Virus record (IMG/VR): IMGVR_UViG_2534681774_000030 | Length of the DNA: 24,450 nt | Source: a virus | Taxonomy: Duplodnaviria > Heunggongvirae > Uroviricota > Caudoviricetes | Reading direction: 5' to 3' (one strand) | In this document: positions 12,958 through 21,298 of the stretch, piece by piece | Numbering within the stretch: position 1 is the first letter of the stretch | Layout: the number at the start of each line of letters is the position of its first letter | Notes under the pieces: generated by a model | Databases searched by the model: none | What the model saw: the letters and a program-made list of their open reading frames with translations, nothing else | What the model was told of the DNA's origin: nothing | Translations under genes and position numbers: made by a program

Positions 12958-13857
12958 ATGACAAATACAGCAAAAATACTCAACTTCGGCAGAGGTAACT
13001 TTGCCGGACAGGAGCGTAATGTGGCAGATCTCGATGATGGTTACGCCAGACTATCAAATATGCTGCTTGAGGCTTATTCAGGCGCAGATCTGACCAAGCG
13101 ACAGTTTAAAGTGCTGCTTGCCATTCTGCGTAAAACCTATGGGTGGAATAAACCAATGGACAGAATCACCGATTCTCAACTTAGCGAGATTACAAAGTTA
13201 CCTGTCAAACGGTGCAATGAAGCCAAGTTAGAACTCGTCAGAATGAATATTATCAAGCAGCAAGGCGGCATGTTTGGACCAAATAAAAACATCTCAGAAT
13301 GGTGTATCCCTCAAAACGAGGGAAAATCCCCTAAAACGAGGGATAAAACATCCCTCAAATTGGGGGATTGCTATCCCTCAAAACAGGGGAACACAAAAGA
13401 CACTAATACAAAAGAAAATAGAAAAGATTATTCGTCAGAGAATTCTGGCGAATCCTCTGACCAGCCAGAAAACGACCTTTCTGTGGTGAAACCTGATGCT
13501 GCAATTCAGAGCGGCAGCAAATGGGGGACAGCAGAAGACCTGACCGCCGCAGAGTGGATGTTTGACATGGTGAAGACTATCGCGCCATCAGCCAGAAAAC
13601 CGAATTTTGCAGGGTGGGCTAACGATATCCGCCTGATGCGTGAACGTGACGGACGTAACCACCGCGATATGTGTGTGCTGTTCCGCTGGGCCTGCCAGGA
13701 CAACTTCTGGTCCGGTAATGTGCTGAGCCCGGCCAAACTCCGCGACAAGTGGACCCAGCTCGAAATCAACCGTAACAAGCAACAGGCAGTCGTGACAGCC
13801 AGCAAACCAAAACTCGACCTGACAAACACAGACTGGATTTACGGGGTGGATTTATGA
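12958..13857 (+). CDS. O: Lambda O replication initiator
   Basis: 299-aa ORF recognised as lambda O; contains the ori iterons. Confidence 0.96.
   Translation: MTNTAKILNFGRGNFAGQERNVADLDDGYARLSNMLLEAYSGADLTKRQFKVLLAILRKTYGWNKPMDRITDSQLSEITKLPVKRCNEAKLELVRMNIIKQQGGMFGPNKNISEWCIPQNEGKSPKTRDKTSLKLGDCYPSKQGNTKDTNTKENRKDYSSENSGESSDQPENDLSVVKPDAAIQSGSKWGTAEDLTAAEWMFDMVKTIAPSARKPNFAGWANDIRLMRERDGRNHRDMCVLFRWACQDNFWSGNVLSPAKLRDKWTQLEINRNKQQAVVTASKPKLDLTNTDWIYGVDL
13306..13392. repeat. ori-lambda iterons (four repeats of about 19 bp, ATCCCTCAAAACGAGGG-like) followed by an AT-rich tract, inside O
   Basis: Tandem repeats tccctcaaaacgaggga / tcccctaaaacgaggga / tccctcaaattggggga / tccctcaaaacagggga, then an A-rich region at 13393-13440. 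Confidence 0.9.
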
Positions 13858-14555
13858 AAAACATCGCCGCACAGATGGTTAACTTTGACCGTGAGCAGAT
13901 GCGTCGGATCGCCAACAACATGCCGGAACAGTACGACGAAAAGCCTCAGGTACAGCAGGTAGCGCAGATCATCAACGGTGTGTTCAGCCAGTTACTGGCA
14001 ACTTTCCCGGCGAGCCTGGCTAACCGTGACCAGAACGAACTGAACGAAATCCGCCGCCAGTGGGTTCTGGCTTTCCGGGAAAACGGGATCACCACAATGG
14101 AACAGGTTAACGCAGGAATGCGCGTAGCCCGTCGGCAGAATCGACCATTTCTGCCATCACCCGGGCAGTTTGTTGCATGGTGCCGGGAAGAAGCATCCGT
14201 TATCGCCGGACTGCCAAACGTCAGCGAGCTGGTTGATATGGTTTACGAGTATTGCCGGAAGCGAGGCCTGTATCCGGATGCGGAGTCTTATCCGTGGAAA
14301 TCAAACGCGCACTACTGGCTGGTTACCAACCTGTATCAGAACATGCGGGCCAATGCGCTTACTGATGCGGAATTACGGCGCAAGGCTGCCGATGAACTGT
14401 CCTGTATGACCGCACGAATTAACCGTGGTGAGGCTATACCTGAACCAGTAAAACAACTTCCTGTCATGGGCGGTAGACCTCTAAATCGTGCACAGGCTCT
14501 GGCGAAGATCGCAGAAATCAAAGCTAAGTTTGGGCTGAAAGGAGCAAGTGTATGA
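13854..14555 (+). CDS. P: Lambda P (DnaB helicase loader)
   Basis: 233-aa ORF recognised as lambda P; ATGA overlap with O. Confidence 0.96.
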   Translation: MKNIAAQMVNFDREQMRRIANNMPEQYDEKPQVQQVAQIINGVFSQLLATFPASLANRDQNELNEIRRQWVLAFRENGITTMEQVNAGMRVARRQNRPFLPSPGQFVAWCREEASVIAGLPNVSELVDMVYEYCRKRGLYPDAESYPWKSNAHYWLVTNLYQNMRANALTDAELRRKAADELSCMTARINRGEAIPEPVKQLPVMGGRPLNRAQALAKIAEIKAKFGLKGASV

Positions 14556-14842
14556 CGGGCAAAGAGGCAATTATTCATTACCTGGGGACGCATAATAGCT
14601 TCTGTGCGCCGGACGTTGCCGCGTTAACAGGCGCAACAGTAACCAGCATAAATCAGGCCGCGGCTAAAATGGCACGGGCAGGTCTTCTGGTTATCGAAGG
14701 TAAGGTCTGGCGAACGGTGTATTACCGGTTCGCTACTAGGGAAGAACGGGAAGGAAAGATGAGCACGAACCTGATTTTTAAGGAGTGTCGCCAGAGTGCC
14801 GCGATGAAACGGGTATTGGCGGTATATGGAGTTAAAAGATGA
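14552..14842 (+). CDS. ren: Lambda Ren
   Basis: 96-aa ORF recognised as lambda Ren; overlaps the P stop. Confidence 0.93.
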   Translation: MTGKEAIIHYLGTHNSFCAPDVAALTGATVTSINQAAAKMARAGLLVIEGKVWRTVYYRFATREEREGKMSTNLIFKECRQSAAMKRVLAVYGVKR

Positions 14843-14915
14843 CCATCTACATCACTGAGCTAATAACAGGCCTGCTGGTAATCGCAGGCCTTTTTATTTG
14901 GGGGAGAGGGAAGTC

Positions 14916-15356
14916 ATGAAAAAACTAACCTTTGAAATTCGATCTCCAGCACATCAGCAAAACGCTATTCACGCAGTACAGCAAATCCTTCCAGACCCAA
15001 CCAAACCAATCGTAGTAACCATTCAGGAACGCAACCGCAGCTTAGACCAAAACAGGAAGCTATGGGCCTGCTTAGGTGACGTCTCTCGTCAGGTTGAATG
15101 GCATGGTCGCTGGCTGGATGCAGAAAGCTGGAAGTGTGTGTTTACCGCAGCATTAAAGCAGCAGGATGTTGTTCCTAACCTTGCCGGGAATGGCTTTGTG
15201 GTAATAGGCCAGCCAACCAGCAGGATGCGTGTAAGCGAATTTGCGGAGCTATTAGAGCTTATACAGGCATTCGGTACAGAGCGTGGCGTTAAGTGGTCAG
15301 ACGAAGCGCGACTGGCTCTCGAATGGAAAGCGCGATGGGGAGATCGGGCTGCATGA
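14916..15356 (+). CDS. ninB: NinB (Orf recombination mediator)
   Basis: 146-aa product starting MKKLTFEIRSPAHQQNAIHAVQQ..., recognised as lambda NinB; internal start within the 152-aa track ORF. Confidence 0.93.
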   Translation: MKKLTFEIRSPAHQQNAIHAVQQILPDPTKPIVVTIQERNRSLDQNRKLWACLGDVSRQVEWHGRWLDAESWKCVFTAALKQQDVVPNLAGNGFVVIGQPTSRMRVSEFAELLELIQAFGTERGVKWSDEARLALEWKARWGDRAA

Positions 15357-15880
15357 CTATCAAATCAAATACGCCAGCACACGACAAGGACTGCTGGCAA
15401 ACGCCGCTTTGGCTTTTTGATGCACTGGATATTGAGTTTGGATTCTGGCTGGATTCGGCAGCGAGCGACAAAAACGCTCTGTGCGCTCACTGGCTAACTG
15501 AGGCTGACGACGCGCTAAATTCTGAGTGGATAAGCCACGGTGCAATCTGGAATAACCCACCGTACAGCAATATCAGGCCGTGGGTGGAAAAAGCCGCTGA
15601 GCAGTGCATACAACAGCGACAGACGGTAGTGATGCTTGTGCCAGAGGATATGTCTGTCGGATGGTTCAGCAAGGCTCTGGAGAGTGTTGACGAAGTTCGT
15701 ATTATCACTGATGGACGGATTAATTTTATCGAACCATCGACAGGGCTGGAGAAGAAGGGAAACAGCAAAGGCTCCATGCTGCTGATTTGGCGACCGTTCA
15801 TTAGTCCTCGACGGATGTTTACTATCGTATCCAAAGCGGCATTGATGGCGATCGGGCAGGGCGTCAGGAGGGCGACATGA
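15353..15880 (+). CDS. Phage N6-adenine DNA methyltransferase (Dam-like, about 175 aa) at the ninC/ninD position
   Basis: Catalytic NPPY motif ([10 protein letters not shown]); start ATG overlaps the ninB stop; size and motif fit the small phage Dam-like family. Confidence 0.75.
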   Translation: MTIKSNTPAHDKDCWQTPLWLFDALDIEFGFWLDSAASDKNALCAHWLTEADDALNSEWISHGAIWNNPPYSNIRPWVEKAAEQCIQQRQTVVMLVPEDMSVGWFSKALESVDEVRIITDGRINFIEPSTGLEKKGNSKGSMLLIWRPFISPRRMFTIVSKAALMAIGQGVRRAT

Positions 15881-16059
15881 GGCGACAACGACGAAGTTTC
15901 ACCGACATCATCTGCGAAAACTGCAAATACCTTCCAACGAAACGCTCCAGAAATAAACGCAAGCCAATCCCAAAAGAATCTGACGTAAAAACCTTCAACT
16001 ACACGGCTCACCTGTGGGATATCCGGTGGCTAAGACATCGTGCGAGGAATACAAGGTGA
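15877..16059 (+). CDS. ninE: NinE
   Basis: 60-aa [30 protein letters not shown]..., recognised as lambda NinE. Confidence 0.88.
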   Translation: MRRQRRSFTDIICENCKYLPTKRSRNKRKPIPKESDVKTFNYTAHLWDIRWLRHRARNTR

Positions 16060-16226
16060 TTGACCCAAATCGAAGTTACGAACAAGAAAGCGTCGAGCGG
16101 GCTTTAACGTGCGCTAATTGCGGTCAGAAGCTGCATGTGCTGGAAGTTCACGTGTGTGAGCACTGCTGTGCAGAGCTGATGAGCGATTCGAATAGCTCGA
16201 TGCACGAGGAAGAAGATGATGGCTAA
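16056..16226 (+). CDS. ninF: NinF (probable GTG start)
   Basis: [44 protein letters not shown]... matches lambda NinF; same 171-nt length as in lambda. Confidence 0.8.
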   Translation: MIDPNRSYEQESVERALTCANCGQKLHVLEVHVCEHCCAELMSDSNSSMHEEEDDG

Positions 16227-16830
16227 ACCAGCGCGAAGACGATGTAAAAACGATGAATGTCGGGAATGGTTTCACCCTGCATTCGCTAATCAGTGGTGGT
16301 GCTCTCCAGAGTGTGGAACCAAGATAGCACTCGAACGACGAAGTAAAGAACGCGAAAAAGCGGAAAAAGCAGCAGAGAAGAAACGACGACGAGAGGAGCA
16401 GAAACAGAAAGATAAACTTAAGATTCGAAAACTCGCCTTAAAGCCCCGCAGTTACTGGATTAAACAAGCCCAACAAGCCGTAAACGCCTTCATCAGAGAA
16501 AGAGACCGCGACTTACCATGTATCTCGTGCGGAACGCTCACGTCTGCTCAGTGGGATGCCGGACATTACCGGACAACTGCTGCGGCACCTCAACTCCGAT
16601 TTGATGAACGCAATATTCACAAGCAATGCGTGGTGTGCAACCAGCACAAAAGCGGAAATCTCGTTCCGTATCGCGTCGAACTGATTAGCCGCATCAGGCA
16701 GGAAGCAGTAGACGAAATCGAATCAAACCATAACCGCCATCGCTGGACTGTCGAAGAGTGCAAGGCGATCAAGGCAGAGTACCAACAGAAACTCAAAGAC
16801 CTGCGAAACAGCAGAAGTGAGGCTGCATGA
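16216..16830 (+). CDS. ninG: NinG (Rap recombination endonuclease)
   Basis: 204-aa ORF recognised as lambda NinG. Confidence 0.93.
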   Translation: MMAKPARRRCKNDECREWFHPAFANQWWCSPECGTKIALERRSKEREKAEKAAEKKRRREEQKQKDKLKIRKLALKPRSYWIKQAQQAVNAFIRERDRDLPCISCGTLTSAQWDAGHYRTTAAAPQLRFDERNIHKQCVVCNQHKSGNLVPYRVELISRIRQEAVDEIESNHNRHRWTVEECKAIKAEYQQKLKDLRNSRSEAA

Positions 16831-17492
16831 ATATCTACGAAAGAATTGATGGCAGCAAATACCGAAATATTTGGGTAGCTGGCGACCTGCACGGATGCTA
16901 CACGAACCTGATGAACAAACTGGATACGATTGGATTCGACACCAAAAAAGACCTGCTCATCTCGGTTGGCGATTTGGTTGATCGCGGTACAGAGAACGTC
17001 GAATGTCTGGAATTAATCACATTCCCCTGGTTCAGAGCTGTGCGTGGAAACCATGAGCAAATGATGATTGATGGCTTATCAGAGCGTGGAAACGTTAATC
17101 ACTGGCTGCTTAATGGCGGTGGCTGGTTCTTTAATCTCGATTACGACAAAGAGACTCTGGCTAAAGTTCTTGCCCATAAAGCAGAAGAACTTCCGTTAAT
17201 CATCGAACTGGTGAGCAAAGATAAAAAATATGTCATTTGCCACGCCGATTATCCTTGTGATAAATACGAGTTTGGAAAGCCAGTTGATCATCAGCAGGTA
17301 ATCTGGAACCGCGAACGAATCAGCAACTCACAAGACGGGATCGTGAAAGAAATCAAAGGCGCGGACACGTTCATCTTTGGTCATACGCCAGCAGTGAAAC
17401 CACTCAAATTTGCCAACCAGATGTATATCGATACTGGCGCAGTGTTCTGCGGAAACCTCACATTGATTCAGGTACAGGGAGAAGGCGCATGA
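16827..17492 (+). CDS. ninI: NinI, phage Ser/Thr protein phosphatase
   Basis: 221-aa ORF with metallophosphatase motifs GDLHG, GDLVDRG, GNHE; recognised as lambda NinI; directly follows ninG, so ninH is absent. Confidence 0.93.
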   Translation: MNIYERIDGSKYRNIWVAGDLHGCYTNLMNKLDTIGFDTKKDLLISVGDLVDRGTENVECLELITFPWFRAVRGNHEQMMIDGLSERGNVNHWLLNGGGWFFNLDYDKETLAKVLAHKAEELPLIIELVSKDKKYVICHADYPCDKYEFGKPVDHQQVIWNRERISNSQDGIVKEIKGADTFIFGHTPAVKPLKFANQMYIDTGAVFCGNLTLIQVQGEGA

Positions 17493-17578
17493 GACTCGAA
17501 AGCGTAGCTAAATTTCATTCGCCAAAAAGCCCGATGATGAGCGACTCACTACTGGCCACAGTTTATTGGTTTTCGTAA
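17489..17578 (+). pseudogene. Q: Lambda Q remnant: first 20 codons intact, then divergent sequence and stop after 29 codons
   Basis: [20 protein letters not shown] matches the lambda Q N-terminus, then LLATVYWFS*; ATGA overlap with ninI as in lambda. Confidence 0.8.
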
Positions 17579-17611
17579 CTGAGTCATTTTATTATTTTAT
17601 TGCAACTTTTA

Positions 17612-17662
17612 ATCTTTTATAGTGCGAAATAAATGGAGCTGGCATTCATTTCGCACTTTATG
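17612..17662 (+). terminator. Hairpin GTGCGAAAT(17 nt)ATTTCGCAC followed by TTTATGTTTTTGTT
   Basis: 9-bp perfect inverted repeat plus T-rich tract between the Q stub and the 3' end of the outer-membrane gene. Confidence 0.4.
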
Positions 17663-17703
17663 TTTTTGTTGGACTTATGTTATTTTGATTGAATTCAATT
17701 CAG

Positions 17704-18663
17704 TTAAAAAAAGAAGGTGATTGCTCCATTTATAAATGAATAGTCATCCCCTGTCTTGAATTCTGATGTTACTTTATTAAATGCTAGTGTGAAGGCTACA
17801 GGTGCATACCCAATTGTTGCGCCAACTTGATATTCATCAACAGTTTTGTTTAGCGATACTGTTGTTTGTTTCGTCTGTATTGTTTTTCCTTCGAGAGTAT
17901 AGTTGCGATTGACATCTCGTCTTTCCATACCTGCAAAAATCTTGTATTTGAATCCGCTTGTATCGGACATATGCATTAAACCACGGGGAGCCAGCAGACC
18001 AAAGCCATTATCCGAATTGAAGGTTTTATCATTACCAATGGCAATGGTTGCGCCATATGCTACATATTGAAATAAGTTTCCAGTAACAGCAGAAACTTCA
18101 GGGTATAATCCAACATTAGCACCTAAAATATCCATACTTGGTGTCATGGATAGCATCCCTTTTACAGTATAACCGTAGCGATTCTCTATTTGATCATCCC
18201 ATGCATGATATTTTTCTGCCCCAATAATCTCATGAGCTTTATTTTGTACTTTCTGACCGCCTGCGTCGGGGCCAACAACACCTATGTCAGTACCTAATCG
18301 ATAGCGAATCCAGTCATTCGCAAGGGAGTTCCATTCAATACCAGTGTGAGTGTATGCACTAAAAGCTCTGTCTCCAGTTACGGCTGTGTTGTGTCTTTTA
18401 TTACTGCCTGATGGAGAGTAAATATCTTGCGCAATATGGAGAGATAATTGGCTCGAGTCTGAGATATCGTGGCTATATCCCAGAAATAAGCCTTGTGAGT
18501 AATCATCTCTGTTTTCATGTTTATTGCCATAAATATCATTAAGTATTGGTTGAAACTTCCCTGCATCATCATTTGCTAATGATAATGCAAGGCTGTTCGC
18601 GATAGCTGAACACGTGGTAAATGACAGAGCAATAAAGACGCCAGCGATGACACTTTTTTTCAT
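17704..18663 (-). CDS. Outer-membrane beta-barrel protein (319 aa, signal peptide, C-terminal Phe); possibly LpxR-like lipid A 3'-O-deacylase
   Basis: Signal peptide MKKSVIAGVFIALSFTTCSAIA; alternating amphipathic beta-strand pattern; C-terminus ...AITFFF; the 319-aa size equals what I recall for the Salmonella LpxR precursor; AT-rich flanks. Confidence 0.6.
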   Translation of the reverse strand: MKKSVIAGVFIALSFTTCSAIANSLALSLANDDAGKFQPILNDIYGNKHENRDDYSQGLFLGYSHDISDSSQLSLHIAQDIYSPSGSNKRHNTAVTGDRAFSAYTHTGIEWNSLANDWIRYRLGTDIGVVGPDAGGQKVQNKAHEIIGAEKYHAWDDQIENRYGYTVKGMLSMTPSMDILGANVGLYPEVSAVTGNLFQYVAYGATIAIGNDKTFNSDNGFGLLAPRGLMHMSDTSGFKYKIFAGMERRDVNRNYTLEGKTIQTKQTTVSLNKTVDEYQVGATIGYAPVAFTLAFNKVTSEFKTGDDYSFINGAITFFF

Positions 18664-19138
18664 ATGTTATTGTCTTCCTTTTTTTTGAATGGTGCGCGTA
18701 TTTTACATACATGAGTTTGTAATACAAGGTGCGTAATCAATATGATGTTTTATAATTGCGTGAGACAATTGATTTATTTGTTTTTTATTGTGGTTTTTAT
18801 TATCTTTTAATGTAACGGTGTTTTTATTAAGTGTGTTTGCGTGGTGTTTTATGTTTTTTATAATTTTTATTTTATTAAATTTAAATGCATTAGTAATGGC
18901 TATTCTATATAGCAATATAAGAACTGTTACAAAAAAAGGGGGGGCAATTACAGGTAGTTATGGATGATGAGTGAAACAGATATTGGAGAACCGGGGAATG
19001 AATGATGTCTGAGTCTTATATATCAGAACTCCTTCGCTGTCGCTGGGGGCTCCTGTGCTTATGTCGTTTCCCCGATTCGGTTTTGAACGATTACCGAATG
19101 TTGAAGAATTATGCCAAAATATAGAAAGGATTTACTGC

Positions 19139-19828
19139 ATGAATACCCAATATTTACAGTATGTTCGTGAGCAACTTATGGCAGCTACTGCTGACTTGAA
19201 CGGAGCAACGAAAGGCCAGCTCGAAGCCTGGCAGGAGCATGCACAATTTGATACTGGTACATACAAACGAAAGAAGCCGCGCATTCTGGATGTGGTAACT
19301 GGCAAGATGATTACGCTGGATAATACGCCGACTTCCGGTAAGCAGTCGTACGCAAAAGGTTCATCCATTGCTTTGGTCAGCCCGGTTGAATTCTCAACCT
19401 CTTCATGGCGCCGCGCGGTTTTGTCTCTCGATGAACATCAGAAAGCATGGTTGCTTTGGTGTTACAGCGAAAGCGTTCGATGGGGGCATCAGGTCACCAT
19501 AACGCAATGGGCATGGAGCGAGTTTAAAGATTTGTTAAGTAACAGAAAAATTGCAGGTAAGACACTGGATCGCCTGAAGACGTTAATCTGGCTGGCTGCA
19601 CAGGATGTGAAGAGCGAACTTGCAGGGCGTGAGGCCTATGAATACCAGACACTGGCATCATTGGTGGGAGTGACAACAAAAAACTGGTCCGAGACATTTA
19701 CTGAACGCTGGGTTGCAATGAAGCACATTTTTCTACAGCTTGATAGTGATGCTTTATTGCTTGTGACGAGAACACGTTCAAAACAAAAGGCAGCATTTTT
19801 ACAGCAAAATATTGCAAAACTGGATTAA
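19139..19828 (+). CDS. Candidate late-gene antiterminator Q of a non-lambda (phage 82/Qin-type) family; start may be upstream at 19055
   Basis: About 230-aa ORF in the position between the nin region and the lysis genes, followed within about 50 nt by an intrinsic terminator; the family assignment rests on position and size, not on recognised sequence. Confidence 0.4.
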   Translation: MNTQYLQYVREQLMAATADLNGATKGQLEAWQEHAQFDTGTYKRKKPRILDVVTGKMITLDNTPTSGKQSYAKGSSIALVSPVEFSTSSWRRAVLSLDEHQKAWLLWCYSESVRWGHQVTITQWAWSEFKDLLSNRKIAGKTLDRLKTLIWLAAQDVKSELAGREAYEYQTLASLVGVTTKNWSETFTERWVAMKHIFLQLDSDALLLVTRTRSKQKAAFLQQNIAKLD

Positions 19829-19874
19829 AAGCCATATACTTCATGCAAATTTGGTATGTTGTAAAAAATGTATA

Positions 19875-19900
19875 AACCCGCTGCCGAGTGGGTTTTTTTT
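19875..19900 (+). terminator. Intrinsic terminator (ACCCGC-tgccg-AGTGGGT then T8); candidate tR' ending a short pR' transcript
   Basis: 7-bp stem with one G-U wobble followed by eight T residues, just downstream of the Q-like gene. Confidence 0.6.
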
Positions 19901-20039
19901 ATGCCCTGAGTTGTACTTGTACGGTAAACATGCTGGCTGCTATGTAATAGAGTTTTTTTAGCCTGTAACCTCTTGACGGCATTGAATTGCTTTTGTTATG
20001 AGTTGTAAGCCAATGTTATCATCTTGTATTGGGGTGGTT

Positions 20040-20756
20040 ATGAAGGATGGTGCGCTGCTCAGGAGTTCTTCACTTTTTATTGCCTACATGGGATGCCTTG
20101 GATGGGGGAGTGCTTATTTCTATGGATGGGGTACTTCTTTTTACTACGGCTTCCCATGGTGGATTGTAGGTGCAGGTGTTGATGATGTTGCCAGAAGTTT
20201 ATTTTTTGCAGTTATCGTCATTGCTATATTTCTTATCGGTTGGGGTATTGGTGTTGTATTCTTTTTCGCAGTGAAAAGAAAACATTCTATGCAAGAGCTA
20301 AATGTATTTCGCCTTTATTTTGCTGTGGAATTATTGTTTGTGCCGGCAATTATTGAGTTTTCTATATTGAGACAGAAGATTCAGGTACCTCTTTTGCTAC
20401 TGTCAGCAGCGATTGCGCTGGCGGTTACAATTTCGATAAGATCTTATGGGCGATTTTTATCGGTATCATGCTTCTATGATAAGCCATTTATAAAAAAACA
20501 TTTTTTTGAGATTGTGATGATTGCTTTTGTGGCATATTTTTGGCTTTTTTCATTTCTGACAGGATATTACAAACCACAGTTTAAGAAAGAATATGAAATG
20601 ATTAATTATAATGATGGTTGGTATTATGTTCTTGCTCGTTATGATAATTGTCTGGTTTTGTCTACTTCTTTCAATGCAGGTAGTAAAAGGTTTGTCATTT
20701 ATCAATCAGCACAAGATAAGAATCTTCAGGTTGATATTGTAAGGACCAGAATTTAA
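20040..20756 (+). CDS. Hypothetical polytopic membrane protein (about 238 aa) in the late-operon cargo slot between Q/tR' and nanS-p
   Basis: Start MKDGALL preceded by a GGGGTGG Shine-Dalgarno; Trp/Gly-rich N-terminus (GWGSAYFYGWGTSFYYGFPWWIVGAG) and at least four hydrophobic helices; AT-rich; unrecognised. Confidence 0.55.
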   Translation: MKDGALLRSSSLFIAYMGCLGWGSAYFYGWGTSFYYGFPWWIVGAGVDDVARSLFFAVIVIAIFLIGWGIGVVFFFAVKRKHSMQELNVFRLYFAVELLFVPAIIEFSILRQKIQVPLLLLSAAIALAVTISIRSYGRFLSVSCFYDKPFIKKHFFEIVMIAFVAYFWLFSFLTGYYKPQFKKEYEMINYNDGWYYVLARYDNCLVLSTSFNAGSKRFVIYQSAQDKNLQVDIVRTRI

Positions 20757-20889
20757 TTGGCTGCATAAATAATATTTTAAGTTGCAAGTTGGCTATTCGT
20801 AGGAATAGAACCTTAGGCATGCTGAATGCGTTTTCTGAACATTGTTTTATAAACTGTGTCTGCTTGCTGTTGTGATCCTGCTTTTAGTG

Positions 20890-21000
20890 ATGGTGATGAT
20901 GGATTTCACCAGCAGGATAATGTTGGTACTGACTGATGGCGCTCTGGTCTGCGGCATTGTGGTATTGCTGTGGCCGATGATGAAAGAACAGAATGAATAA
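20890..21000 (+). CDS. Possible small hydrophobic protein (36 aa)
   Basis: Manual translation MVMMDFTSRIMLVLTDGALVCGIVVLLWPMMKEQNE; one predicted transmembrane helix; no clear Shine-Dalgarno. Confidence 0.25.
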   Translation: MVMMDFTSRIMLVLTDGALVCGIVVLLWPMMKEQNE

Positions 21001-21185
21001 TTCTTGACTTTTTTGTTTACTGTTTATTAAAAAATCAACCGCATGGTGAATCCTCCTTGGAGGGGCTAAATGATCGAGTTTTAAGGGCACGTAGCGAGTT
21101 CTGTTTGATCATTGCAGAACTTAGCGGGAGGCGCCATGCGTACATCACTAGTGTTATTCCTTTTATCATTTTCCTTGTGAGTTCT

Positions 21186-21212
21186 GGCTGCGCATTGCGC
21201 AGCCTTTTTTTT
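21186..21212 (+). terminator. Strong intrinsic terminator (GGCTGCGC-att-GCGCAGCC then T8)
   Basis: Near-perfect GC-rich stem followed by eight T residues, about 90 nt upstream of nanS-p. Confidence 0.7.
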
Positions 21213-21298
21213 ATGACCTGCCACTGGCAGATGGTCATCCTGTGATTTGATTCCGCTTCCGGCTTTTTAACTCTGTTCCTCTACACGGGAGAAATTCG

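Noticed and set aside
19998-20039. Upstream extension of the membrane-protein ORF (MSCKPMLSSCIGVV)
   Set aside because: The later ATG at 20040 has a strong GGGGTGG Shine-Dalgarno and the extension overlaps promoter-like AT-rich DNA, so the shorter start is preferred.
20884-21090. 68-aa minus-strand ORF ending in a run of five histidines
   Set aside because: The poly-His tail is just the antisense of ATG/GTG repeats at the start of the plus-strand small ORF; no ribosome-binding site and not protein-like. Treated as an antisense artefact.
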